Below, piece after piece: positions 13,395-26,176 of a DNA stretch of 64,000 nucleotides. Position 1 is the first letter of the stretch, and each line of letters starts with the position of its first letter. Position numbers and translations under genes: made by a program. The stretch is from Hypanus sabinus (lineage: Eukaryota), in NCBI RefSeq assembly GCF_030144855.1, contig NW_026779229.1, positions 124,001 through 188,000 on the forward strand, read 5' to 3'. Below the pieces are notes generated by a model. The model searched no databases, was not told where the DNA came from, and was given only the letters and a program-made list of their open reading frames with translations.

Positions 13395-15010
13395 AATCAT
13401 ATAACCATATAACAATTACAACACAGAAACAGGCCATCTCAGCCCTTTTAGTCCGTGTCGAATGCTTAGTCTACCTAATCCCACCGACCTGCAGTCAGCA
13501 CATATTCCTCCATTCCTTTCCTGCGCATACAGCTATCCATTTTGTTAAAATGACAATATCGAACCTGCCTCTACCACTTCTAATTGAGCCTTATTCCACA
13601 CAACTACCACTCTCGTAGTAAAGAAGTTCCCCCTCGTGTTACCCCTAAACTTTTACCTCCTGACTCTCAACTCATGTCCTCTTGTTTACATTTCCCCTGC
13701 TCTCAATGGAAAAAGTTTATCCAAGTCAACTCTACCTATACCCCCTCATAGTTTTAAAAACCTCTATCAAGTCCTCCCTCAAACTTCTACGCTCCAAAGA
13801 ATAATGATCTAACTTACTCAATCTTTCTCTGTAACTTAGGTGCTGAAACCCAGGCAACATTCTAGTAAATCTTCTCTGTACTCTCTCTATTTTGTTGACT
13901 TCCTTCCTATAATTCGGTGACGAGAACTGTATACAATACTCCAAATTTGGTCTCACCAATCCCTAGTACAATTTTAACATTACATCCCAACTCCTATACT
14001 CAATGCTTTTATTTATAAAGGCCACCATACCAAAAGCTTTCTTCACCACCCTATCGATGAGATTCCACCTTCAGGGAACTATGCACCATTATTCCTAGAT
14101 CACCCTGTTCTACTGCATTCCTCAATACCCTACCATTTAACATGTATGCCCTATTTTGAATAGTCCTACAAAAATGTAGCACCTCACATTTATCAGCATT
14201 AAACTCGATCTGCCATCTTTCAACCCACTCTTCTAACTGACCTAAATCACTCTGTAAGCTTTGAAAACCTCCTTCATTATCCACAACGGCACCTATCTTA
14301 GTATCATCTGCATACTCACTAATCCAATTTACCACACAATCATCCAGATCATTAATTTATATGACAAACAGCATTGGACCCAGTACTGATCCTGGAGGCA
14401 CACCAATAGTCACCGGCCTCCAACCTGACAATCAGTTGTCCACCACTACTCTCTGGCATCTCCCATCTAGTCACTGTTGAATCCATTTTACTACTTCAAT
14501 ATTAATACCCAACGATTGAACCTTGCTAACTAACCTTCCGTGTGGAACCTTGTCAAAGGCCTTACTGAAGTCCATATAGACAACATCCACTGCTTTACCC
14601 TCGTCAACTTTCAAGGTAACCTCTTCACAAATTCAATAAGAACTGTCAAACATGACCTTCTTTGCACAAATCCATGTTGACTGCTCCTAATCAGACCCTG
14701 TCTATCCAGATAATTACATATACCATTTCTAAGAATACTTTCCATTAATTCACCCACCACTGACCTAAAAATTACAGGACTGTAATTGCTAGGATTACTC
14801 TTAGAGCCCTTTTTAAACAATGGAACCACATGAGAAATACGCCAATCCTCCGGCACCACCACCTATTCCAGTGATATTTGAAATATTTCTTTCAGAGCCC
14901 CTGCTATTTCTACACTAACTTCCCTTATGATCCTAACGAATATCCTGTCAGGTCCGGAGATTTATCCACTTTTATATTCCTTAATAGCGCCAGTACTTCC
15001 TCTTCTTTAA
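13395..15010 (-). mobile_element. 5'-truncated CR1 LINE (RT + 3'UTR, ATATGGTT-type tail), inserted next to an older CR1 fragment (~13000-13390)
   Basis: ORFs 14611-14862, 14051-14335 (YADDTKIG) and 13732-13959 (VRPNLEYC); tandem tail catataaccatataac. Confidence 0.92.
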
Positions 15011-15013
15011 ACA

Positions 15014-17519
15014 GGTATTTGTAAAGTAACAGTGATAGCGGGGTAACACACCGACGGGAGTAACGTAAATGGACCCATTAGTCCTGAAAGTCATCTGATT
15101 GATAAGGTTATTTTTTCCCAGTAAGTGAACACTAATCTGTTTGTGAAATAGGTTGCATTCGTTTGGACGTGATTATGTATAATTTGTAATCACCACATAG
15201 CTGCTGCCTTGCCCATCATTGTAATGGCCCCATTGTGGACAAATATTTAATATTGCTTTATAAAGTTGTTGACTCTGAGATCGGTGCTGCTCCAGGTTGC
15301 CGGGACACAGTTAAATCTGGCGAAAAGGAATGCCCAGTGTTCAAAAGATTATTCGAAAATAGTAACTTTTTACCAGAGTTCAAGTGGCCCGTCCTGCTGC
15401 TGTGTCTTTCCTATAAGCCCACAGCGATTTCTGCCCTCAGCTGTCACTAGTGTTTATAGTCTGACAGTCAATTGGTCCCAAAGTAAACAATAAATTAATG
15501 CGATGACACCACCAGATCTGAACCAGGATGCGGGTCGCGGTTGCTCCCTGAAGCTGATCAATTTGTCGTGAGATACTGTATGTAATCTTTGCCACCGTGG
15601 TTCAAAATTAAGCCCAGATCGAAGAGTACATCAGAACTATTGGCTGGAATGAGTTTTTGTGTGGTTTAGTTCCTGCGCGGTGGAGCAGGGTCTGGAGTTA
15701 GGTGCTGATGAGTGTGACGTCCAGGTTTATGTGTGTGTAGTCAACTGAACATTACTCTGATTGTGATCATTTACTGTTTGGTCCCACAGAATTCCGGTGT
15801 TCGGATTCGCTGGTAACAGAACCAGGAGCTCAGCACAGAGTAAACACACAGACTGTACTGGGTGGGCAACGTTACGGTGTGTTAATGCGCCGACTCGTGA
15901 CGGCAGGAATTCTAGTGTTTCTACCATTTCACCACTATCTTTAAAATTGTGTGGCTTTGCGGATTAGCCTGCTTTTTTTGCAGGAGTGAGTGTGCTATTC
16001 CAGCAAAGACAACAAGTATCTGTCAGTGATATTTAAAATAAAACTTTTTGAGTTTAAATCTCATTGGCTGTTGATAACAAATGTCTATGTGCACTGTATT
16101 GTGCTCCTCAGTTACCTAATACTGCGGCCATTGATTGTATGTCCGTGGTCTTCTACTGCCGTAGCCCGTCCAGTTCACTGTTCGACACGTTGCGTGTCCA
16201 GTGATGCCTCTCTGCACAGTGCAGTAGTTCGTGATTATTTGAGTTTCTGTCGTCTTCCTGACAGAATGAATCAAACCCGCCTTTCTCCACTAATCTCTCA
16301 TTAACAAAACGTTTTTGCTCCCAGAATTACCGCTACTTGATTTCTTTTTCCCAGCACCATGCTCCGCAAACTGATACTGTTGAACTTGGCAAACCCAAGA
16401 GTTCTGCAGTTCCTGCGATTTTCAAACTGCACCGTCTGGCACTAACAAACATTCCACTCTCAAAATCATCCAGATCACATTTCATCTCCAGGGGATGTTT
16501 GTTGGAGACAGAACGTACCCTGTACAGGATAGGCTGATAAGGATACCCTGATAAGGCTGTGAGTTTAGTTAATGATTATCACCAGGAGCTGACTGAACAT
16601 TAACCAGGGTGTGTTCATTTACTTACAGAACCCGTAACACAGCCTTACTGGGACAGGGTGGTAACAGAATCTGTACAAGGTTAGAAGCTCGATCTACTGA
16701 CATATAAACATTACAAAGGTACTTAGCCACTTTTGTGAACAGTTAAATGAGACTGAGAATGTATTGGGTTGTTCAATCATGCAGCTGTAGCGAATCGCTT
16801 TTGAAAGAATTAATAATTCCCTTCAGCTAATTGCATGCACCGACTTCCTGTGCATGTCCCGCGGGAAACCAGTGTTGTTGGAAATGTTTTAGAAAAAGCT
16901 GCATTTTCAACCCAGCTCCGAATCATCAGCAAAGGCTCGGGAGGTGCTTCCCGCATCTCGGAACTGTCCCCGGGCTACGGCTTGCAACAGCAGGAAGCCG
17001 GTCCGTCCACACTCGGGGATTTACTCATCCCCGACCGAGGGAACTGAGGATTCGCTTTGCTTATTCCTTCAATGGCGGAACCGACACTACCTGTCCACTC
17101 TTGACGACATTTCGTTAGGTAGCTACTGGGTGATAGCGAAATTATTAGAACTACGCGCACTGCATTTTATAGCGGGGGGGGGGGGCGTGTAAAGATGTGA
17201 TGGTTCCATTATAGAGTCATTGGTGAGACCTGTTGTGGATCATCGTCTTGTGTTGATTCCGTTGTGTCAGAAGTGTCTGGGTAGTTGAGAGATCTTTAAC
17301 AGGTTTAACAGAGAGAGATCTGCGCGTTGTGAGTTGTCCTGTGAAAAAACGTCTGTGATATTGGCTTTTTTTTCCAGTGATTGAGAAGGATTTCACATGA
17401 CCTAAATTTACAAAGTATCCTGTGGCGTCTTGACAGAGACGTGGACAAAATAGTTCCTGTTGTGGGAGGAACTGAAGGCAGTTGAAGACAGTTGAAAGCA
17501 GATTATTACAATTAGTTCT
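15014..17519 (+). repeat. ~2.9-kb tandem module, copy A (5' end cut by CR1)
   Basis: Collinear, high similarity to ~26390-29070. Confidence 0.9.
16090..16505 (-). mobile_element. Tc1/mariner transposase-derived relic inside module copy A
   Basis: Same sequence as 27490-27905, whose minus-strand ORF reads MEMKCDLSDFESGMFVCAR...LLGLSRSTVS (Tc1 N-terminal HTH). Confidence 0.8.
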
Positions 17520-17710
17520 GTAATCTCTGCTGTGTAATGTTCCTTGAAGGACAAGTGAGTGAGATGTTACTGGTGAGAGGCAAGATCAAGGCGCTGAGAT
17601 CACAGACAGACCGAGATCGGTCACAGTAAATTCAGCATGTGAACTTTATTAGATCTCCCAACAGCATTCTCTAGCTGGCAAAAATATATCTAGTGATTTT
17701 AATGTTAAAG

Positions 17711-20700
17711 GATGTGTCTAGTTAGGAGTGTTTCGAATGCCCTGTTGTGACTGCCTCTCTGACTACCCATGGCAGATCTTTCCGCGGACCAACTGGTCTA
17801 GGGGAAAACAAAAAACATCTCTGAGATCCTTGTACTTTCTTCTGATCACTTGTATTAACCATTTCAGCTGGGAATTTGTTCCATGTTTTACTGATTACCT
17901 TGCCTTACCAGTATCCAGTGTTTCAGTATAATAATACTATGTAAAGTAATGGAAGGCATTAAAGTAAATTGATATTTAAATTGCATATATATATATCTCA
18001 GTTAGAAGTAAGGCCTGTAAGTGGGCAGAAGAACCAGTTAACATGACTTGATAAAGTGCTGGGTTGGTCTGTAGTGTTAGGTTTTTTTTTATATTTAGCA
18101 AAATACTTTTCCCTTTGCAGGGCTCCTCTATTTTAGGGCCTTATCTTGTCCTTTTTTGTAACTGGCGGGAGGAACTAAGGAAAACTTTTTAAAACCACTA
18201 TTATAAAATGGGCAGCTCGTGGAGACTGTTTCGTTTTTTCTCTATGGGGATGCATTTCGACTTTTTTGTGCCGATTTTCGGGCTTTTTGGGGTGGTGGGA
18301 GGATTGGACTTAGTTTTGATTTACACGATTAATTGTAACATTAATTTTAGTTTTTTGGGGGGGATTTTTTTCCCATTACGGAGTTCCTGAACATGCGCAT
18401 TTTGTGTATGTTTGTACTTAGCAGCGCCAGATTTGATTAACCTGCGCTTGTGTGCTTCCATTTACGTGTTAAATAGAATAATTTTTATGGCAATTAAACA
18501 GATAAATGTTGTAAGTTGAAATGTACGTAGTTGGAATCATCTTATTAAGCGAAAAAAGACTTTTAAAATCATTAAGCCAATACAATTTTTGTTCAAGATT
18601 CGCATATCATAACGGGCGATCAAAATAGATTTTTTTCAAAAGTGGAAGGGCCTTCAATTTTACGCAACGTGTCAAAATAAAACAAAGGAAGTCTCTATTT
18701 TTATTCAATCTAATATTTTATTCATCCAAGAAGAGATTGTGTCAGATATTAATGGTAGATTTTTAATTGTTAAATGAACAATTTGCAATAGAAAAATTGT
18801 TCTGCTTAACCTATATGGACCTAATGTGGGTGATCCTTCTTTTAAAAAGAAAAATGTATTTATTTTATTGTCGGACTTAAATGAATATATGTTGTTAATG
18901 GGTGGTAATTTTAACTTTTGTTTAAACCTTTTGATTGACAAGAGTTCAACAAATCAGCGGCTTCCGAGTTGTTCTGCATCACTTATTAATATTTTTCTAA
19001 TTGATTTTGGCCTGGTTGAAATTTGGAGACATTTATATTCTAATGATCGAGATTATTATTTTTTTTCTCAGGTTCACAAAAAATATTCGATATTCGATTA
19101 CTTCATAGTTGATCACCGATTCTAGTCTAAAGTCCAGAAATGTGAATATGATGCTATAGTTCTTTCGGACCATGCTCCTTTAAGTTTAGCTTTTGAATTG
19201 AAAGATGCAGTTTTTGCAAATTTGCCTTGGCGTTTTCCATAAAATTGATTACGAAGTCCGGACTTTGTCAAATTTATTGAGACTCAGGTAAAAGATTTTT
19301 TTTTCTTTTAAGCAATACGGGAGATGTTTCAAAATTGCTTATATGGGATACATTTAAAGCATATCTGCGCTGTCAGATAATTTCCTATTCAGCTAAGCTT
19401 ACGAAACAGAAAAAAACAGAGTTAGATAAGATTTCCAAACAAATTAAAGACTTGGATAATATTTATGCAGTCTCTCCTAACATTGATTTATTTAAACAAA
19501 GAGTTGAACTCCAATTACAATATAATTTATTATTAACTTATCCTGTTGAAATAAATTTACTTAAATTGAAAAGTCAATTTTATGTGTTTTGACATATAAG
19601 TAACAATCTATTAGCATCTCAATTAAAAGCAGCTGGAGCTAAAAGAGAAATTTTAAAAATTCGTAATGAAGATGGTAGTTTAGTATGCAATTATGAAGAT
19701 ATTAATGAAAAAATTCCAAAACTTTTATATTGAACTTCATAAATCTCAGTTTCTAGTTGATTCTTCTAAAATGAATGCCGTTTTACAAAAGACTGAATTT
19801 CCTCAAATTTTTGCTGAGGATCAACAAACTCTTGATGCTCCTATTACTGAAAGGGAAATTTAGAAAGCGAGTTTTTCATTGCAATCTCGTTAAGCTCCTG
19901 GACTGGATGGGTATTCTGTAGGATTTTATAAATTTTGAATAATTGTTCTCTTCTTATATGTTGGAAACATTTAAAGATTATTTTTGATAGTAGAGTTACC
20001 TCACACATTTTATAAAGCTATTTCTTTAAGAATTAAAAAAGATAAAGATTATACTGACTGTGCTTCATATAGAGCTAGTTCATTATTAAATGTGGATGCT
20101 AAAATTCTCTCAAAAATAATGGCTAATCGGTTGGAAAATTTCTTTACTATCATTATTTCTCAAGATCAAATAGGTTTTATAAGGCTTAAATCTCCAGCAT
20201 CCGCAGATTTCCTCGTGTTTAGGTTTAATAAAGGGCCGTTATTCCTTTTCTAATGTCCGAAGATTTTTAAATGTTATATATTCATTCTTCTTTAAGGTTT
20301 CCCAATGTGTCGTGTCTCTTGATGCTGAAAAGGCATTTGATACAGTTGAATGGAGATACTTATTTAATGTTTTAGAGAAATTCGGCTTTGGTATTAATTT
20401 TAATAAGTGGATTGGAATGATATATAAAGCCCTATTGCTACTGTTATTACTAACATTTGCAGATCTACTTTTTTCGGCTTTCTTTGGGTATGAGACAAGG
20501 ATGTCCGTTGAATACTTTGTTATCTAATTTGGTGCTGGAACCCTTGGCTATTGCATCTCGTAAAGCTAAAGATATTCATGGAATTTTTATAAATGGGACT
20601 TCATAAGATCTCTTTTTATGCTGACGATCATTTAGTTTATATTTCGAATCATGAAGAACCTTATTGAAACTATTAAATGATTCTGGAACGTTTTCAGAAT

Positions 20701-22545
20701 ATAAACTAAACCTTCATAAAAGTGAATTATTTCCTCTAAATGATTATTCTTCTATATATGATGACATTCCTTTTAGAGTTACGGACTCATTTAAGTATTT
20801 TTTTACACTTTCGTTAGTCGGTCGAATTTATGCAGTTAAAATGATGATTTTACCAGAATTTTTATATGTATTTAAAAATATCCCTTTTTTAACTAAGAAG
20901 TTATACGATCAAGTTGATTCCATTATTTCAACTTTTGTTTGCAATAATACAAAAAAGAAGAATTGCTAAATAACATTTTCAAAAATTTAAAAAAATAGAT
21001 AAAGGTCTTGCTTTGCCTTATTTAAGAATGTATTATTGGGCTATTAATATACGTTATATGTGCTTTCGGTTATATGAGGCTGATAAAGATGAACGACCAC
21101 CTTGGACTGATTTGGAAATGAATGCTATGAAACAGTTTCATTTAACCTCATTATTAGGAAATTCTTTGTCTGTACAATTGGCCAAGATTACTAATTTAAA
21201 ATTTATATCCTAATAATATTGAATAAGCAGTCATTACAAATTTGGCTCCAGTTTCGTAATTTTTTAATCTTAAAAAAGCTAAACTTAGTTTAATTTATCG
21301 AAATTATTTAATTAAACCTTCATTAAGTGATCCTACTTCATTTTTGGTGTTTGTTCCTTTCACGGATTTCTTCCAAGATGGCTGACTGATGTCTGTTCAG
21401 AAATTAGTAACTAAATACTTTCTATCGTATTCACATTTCTTGCAATATCTTCAGGTCAGTCACTTCTTACAAAAATACAAAAGTAATTTTCCATATATAG
21501 AAGATTCTGACCTGTTAGATAACGTTTTTAAAATGAATCCTTTAGTTGAGGGTTTTACTGGGAAAATGTATAATTTATTGTTACAGCAACACAATTACCC
21601 TTCACTTACGATTAAGCAAGATTGGGAGAAAGAGCTTCACATGACCTTGATAACGGAAGATTGGTTGCGGACTTTGACGTTGGTTAACTCTTCTTCGGTT
21701 TGTGCCAGTCACTCCTTAATTCAATTTAAACTTGTATATAGTTACAATTTGACAAAGGAGAGACTGTCTAAAATGTTTCCTAATGTTGATAGTCAGGATT
21801 ACAGCCACATTGACACATAGATTTTGGTCGTGTTTTGTGTTGAAACATTTTTGGAAATCTATTTTCTCTGCAATTTCTAAAGCTTTAAAAATTAATTTAC
21901 AACCTAATAAATTGACAGTTTTATTTGGTACAATCCCTCAATATATACATGATATTTCTCCATTAGACCGACATGTAATTGCATTCGTTACATTATTGTC
22001 CAGAATGGCTATTTTGTTGAAATGGAAAGATACCTCTGCTCCTACTTTGATACAATGGTTTTCCCAGGTGATGTTATGTTTTAGTTTGGAAAAAAAATAG
22101 AAGTCGAACTTTTCATCCTCCATTCGATTTTGAGAAAAGGTGGGATTCATTCGCACACTACTATTATCTGATTTGAGTTAATTAATAAGGTTTCATTCCG
22201 ATTTTTCTTTAAGTGGATTTGACTTGGTGGAATTTTTTTTTAATGGAAGATTGTATGATGTACAGCTCCGGGGTGGGCTCCCAATGGGTTTTGCTTTTGG
22301 CTTTTTGGCTTTTTTTCAGTTGGTAGGGTTTTATTTTAGTTATCAGGGGTTCTTTCTTCCTTCTTTTTCTTTTTAAAAATATTCTTAACACTTTACTGTT
22401 CTTATTACTATTGATAAATTGCTTAGGTTTGTTAATCAGTTATTTCCTAATTTAATTCCTTGTTGCACATTATGAAATATTGACTTAATGTACCTTTTTT
22501 TTCAATCTTCAATAATAATGAGTAAACAGATTTTAAAAGGAAAAA
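17711..22545 (+). mobile_element. 5'-truncated, decayed L1-clade LINE (probable ORF1 tail, spacer, ORF2 from ~18487) with a 10-bp TSD AATGTTAAAG
   Basis: EN start MAIKQINVVS*NVRSWNHLIKRKK, LNLYGPN, GGNFN, SDH. RT motifs SLLNVDAKILSK, SLDAEKAFD, TRQGCPL-like, YADD. C-terminal THRFWSC. AATGTTAAAG occurs at 17701-17710 and 22546-22555. Confidence 0.92.
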
Positions 22546-23027
22546 AATGTTAAAGTGATTTTCAACACACAGTAAAGGGAATCAGCTCAGATACCGGTAA
22601 CGAATGTGTGAGGGCGTGGAAACACACCAACGGGAGGAAAGTAAACAGACCCATTAGTCAGAATTTTATCTGATTGATCAGTCTTCTTATTTCCAGTAAG
22701 TGAACACTAATTTGAACGCAAAATACATTCTTATCTTGTTGTACTCTTTAGGGCGTGGTTATCTCCAGATTCTAATGTTGACACAGCTGCTGCCTTGCCC
22801 ATTATTGGAATGGCCCCATAGTGGACAAATATTGAAATTTTCTTTATGAAAGGTCAATGTTCAAAAGAAAATATTATTACAAAATCATAACTTTTCACCG
22901 GAGTTGACAGTACCCATTCTGTTGCTGTGTTTTTCCAATAAAGCCGCAGTGGTCTTTGCCTCCAGCTGTCGCTACGGTTTATAGTCTGAAAATAAATTGA
23001 TCCCCATGCATACAATAAATTAATGCC

Positions 23028-23760
23028 AAACAAGAGGAAATCTGCAAATGCTGGAAATACAAGCAACAGACACAAAGCGCTGGAGGAACTCAACAGGCCA
23101 AGCAGCATCTCCGGAAAAGAGTACAGTCGAAGTTTCTGGCCAAGACCCGTCATCAGGACTGGAGAAAGAAAAAAGATGATATGTCAGAGCTAGAAGGAGG
23201 GGGAGGGGAGTACAGGAAGACGCGGAAAATGATAGGTGAAACCGGGAGGGGGAGGGATGAAGTAAAGTGCTGGCAAATTGATTGGTGAATGAGATACAGG
23301 GCTGGCGAAGTGGGAATCTGATAGGAGAAGACAGAAGGCCTGGAAAAAGAAAAGCAGCGAAGAGAACCCGAAAGAGACGATGGGCAGGCAAGTAGATAAG
23401 GCCAGACAGAGAAAGAGGAATGGGGAATGGTGAAGGGGGGCGGTATTACCTGAAGTCTGAGAAATCGATGTTCATGCTACCAGGTTATAGGCGAACCAGA
23501 CGTAATATAAAGTGTTGGTCCTCCAGTCTGAGTGTCGCTTCACCACAGCAGTGCGGAGACCAGGAATTGACATGTTGGAATGGGAATGGGAAGTGGAATT
23601 AAAATGGCTGGCCACTGGGAGATTTTTTTTCTGGGGGTCAAAGTGTCGGTGTTCCGCAAAGTGGTGCTGCCAAAGGGTCTCGGCCCAAAACGTCGACTGT
23701 CCTGTTTTCCATAGATGCTGCCTGGCCCGCTGAGTTCCTCCAGCATTCTGAGCCTGTTGC
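23028..23760 (-). mobile_element. Penelope-like element fragment (GIY-YIG C-terminus plus pseudo-LTR with a short inverted copy)
   Basis: Minus-strand HFAEH...LPVASHFNSTSHSHSNMSI is typical of PLE endonuclease ends. 23666-23760 is an inverted copy of 23060-23155. Imperfect TSD AATAAATTAATG / AATGAATTAGTG. Confidence 0.85.
23125..23160 (-). ncRNA. Minimal type I hammerhead ribozyme motif (PLE-associated), slightly degenerate
   Basis: Minus strand reads AGUC-CUGAUGA-C-GGGUCUUGGCCA-GAAA-CU-UC-GACU: intact CUGANGA and GAAA cores, stem I AGUC/GACU, stem II with one mismatch. Confidence 0.65.
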
Positions 23761-24039
23761 AATGAATTAGTGTGATGATACCAACTGAACGCAGCCGGGT
23801 TGCGGGTCGCGGTTGCTCCCTGGAGCAGATCGAGTTGTGGACAGATACTGGATGTAATCTGTGTCACCGTGCACTGAGGCACAATAGGAAGCCTGGACCG
23901 AGCAGCACAATAGAATAATTTGCTTGAATCAGCTTTTATAACAATATAACCATATAACAATTACACCAGAAACAGGCCATCTTGGCCCTTCTAGTCCGTC
24001 CCGAACGCTTACCCTCAGCTAGTCCCACCTACCGCACTC

Positions 24040-25410
24040 TGTGTATCTGTCTCTTTCTCTCTGTATCTCTCTCTCTCTTCGTATCTCCCTTTCTCTGTCT
24101 ATCTGTGTGTATGTGTTTGTGTGTGTGTGTATATATCTCTCCCNNNNNNNNNNNNNNNNNNNNNNNNNNNNNNNNNNNNNNNNNNNNNNNNNNNNNNNNN
24201 NNNNNNNNNNNNNNNNNNNNNNNNNNNNNNNNNNNNNNNNNNNNNNNNNNNNNNNNNNNNNNNNNNNNNNNNNNNNNNNNNNNNNNNNNNNNNNNNNNNN
24301 NNNNNNNNNNNNNCTCTGACAATAGACAATAGGTGCAGAAGTAGACAATTCGGCCCTTCGAGCCTGCACCGCCAATCTGCGATCATGGCTGATTAACTAC
24401 TATCAATACCCGGTTCCTGCCTTGTCCCCATGTCCCTTGATTCCACTATCCATAAGATACCTATCTAGCTCCTTCTTGAAACCATCCAGAGAATTGGCCT
24501 CCACTGCCTTCCGAGGCTAATCTATTGGAGTTTTTCGAGGATGTAACCAGGAAGTTTGATAAGGGAGATCCAGTGGATATAGTGTACCTCGATTTTCAGA
24601 AGGCATTTGATAAGGTCACACATAGGTGGGTAATATCAGAGCTCATGGCACTGGGGGGAAGATATTGACATGGATATAAAACTGGTTGACAGATAGAAAG
24701 CAAAGGGTAACGGTGAATGGGTGTTTCTCGGAATTGGCAGGTGGTGACTAGTGGGGGGCCACAGGGCTCGGCATTGGGACCACAGCTGTTTACGATTTAG
24801 ATCAATGATTTAGATGAAGACATTGAGAATAACATCAGCAAGTTTGCTAATGATACTAAGCTGGGTGGCAGTATGACACGTGATGTCAGGAGAATTCAGC
24901 GTGACTTGGATAGGCTGAGTGAGTGGGCAGATACTTGGCAGATGATGCTTAATGTGAATAAGTGTGAGGTTATCCACATTGGGAGTAAGAACAGTAAGGC
25001 AGATTATTATCTGAATGGTGTAGGGTTAGGTAAGGGAGAAATACAAAGAGATCTCGGTGTCTTGTTCATCAGTACCTCTCTCTCACTCTCTCTGTATCTC
25101 TCACACTCTGTGTCTCCCTCTCTCTGTGTATCTCTTTGTTGCATCCCTCTCTGTATCTNNNNNNNNNNNNNNNNNNNNNNNNNNNNNNNNNNNNNNNNNN
25201 NNNNNNNNNNNNNNNNNNNNNNNNNNNNNNNNNNNNNNNNNNNNNNNNNNNNNNNNNNNNNNNNNNNNNNNNNNNNNNNNNNNNNNNNNNNAGTCTGTGG
25301 GTTTCTGTCTGTATGCCTCTGTATGGTTGTTGTGTGTATTGTGTGTGATGTTTGTTTCTCTATGTCTGACTCGCTCTGCTTATTTTCTCTCTCCCTTCGT
25401 GCCTAATTAT
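24040..25410. repeat. CT/GT microsatellite tracts flanking two assembly gaps (24144-24313, 25159-25291)
   Basis: (TC)n/(TG)n-rich sequence adjacent to N runs. Confidence 0.9.
24317..25072. mobile_element. CR1 copy with internal inversion: minus-strand 3' end (24317-24515) fused to a plus-strand RT fragment (24516-25072)
   Basis: Both parts match the CR1 at 4400-6530 (equivalent to ~6330-6530 reversed and ~5270-5840 forward). Confidence 0.85.
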
Positions 25411-25734
25411 TGCTTTTTTTCAGAAGCGAGTAAATTCTATCCCTTACAAAAATATTCCCTCAATTTAGCTGCCATTGAGGAAAGTGCATTGAACTCCGAT
25501 TTCGTGACTTGCCTGAGCTTTCCCCTTCTCAAGCATAGGACCGACACTGTCTATTGACGAGTATAATAGCACATAGCAGGGTAGGTTGCAGTTCAAAGAA
25601 GGTTTAGGTGATTGATACTGGACCATTTGGGTTGTCCTGTGAGGCAACCTATGTGATCTTGGCTTGCTTTCATACATTTAGAACTTTTCCGCTTTGAAAT
25701 AGTTACATCACGTGGTGCTAGATGAATGAGGGGA

Positions 25735-25970
25735 GACTGGATTGTCGACATGTCATATTGTATATGCGGCAGATTATAGCACGGCAGATTGTAAACATGA
25801 CGGATTGTATACTTGATGGATTGTGTACAAGACAGATTGTGTCCATGACGGATAGCATACATAACACACTTTGTACATAACAGATTTTATGCATGACAGG
25901 TTGTTTACAGTACATGATGTATTTTGTAAATGACAGATTGTATACACGACAGACTGTATACATGACAGGT
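25735..25970 (+). repeat. Degenerate 16-bp minisatellite (consensus GACAGATTGTATACAT, ~14 copies)
   Basis: Units such as gacggattgtatactt, gacagattgtgtccat, gacagattgtatacac, gacagactgtatacat in register. Confidence 0.85.
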
Positions 25971-26176
25971 TCTATGTTGATGCACATTAAAAGAACCCAC
26001 TGAGTCTTTACAGGGATGCAGAGAAAATGGATCCTGTTCCAGTGGGGGCTGGGGCGTGGTCGGGACTCAAAATGGGCACCAACAGTTGAAGACTGATGAA
26101 ATGCATTTTGTTCCCTCGCCTCGAGTCTAGTACGTCATTTGAATGATGGTCCTCCACATTCAGAAAAAGAGACTTT

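Larger units (their letters stand above)
17520..26176 (+). repeat. Tandem module copy B, fragmented (17520-17710, 22546-23027, 23761-23940, ~25990-26176) by L1, Penelope and CR1 insertions and gaps
   Basis: The pieces rejoin collinearly with the uninterrupted copy C once the insertions are removed. Confidence 0.8.
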
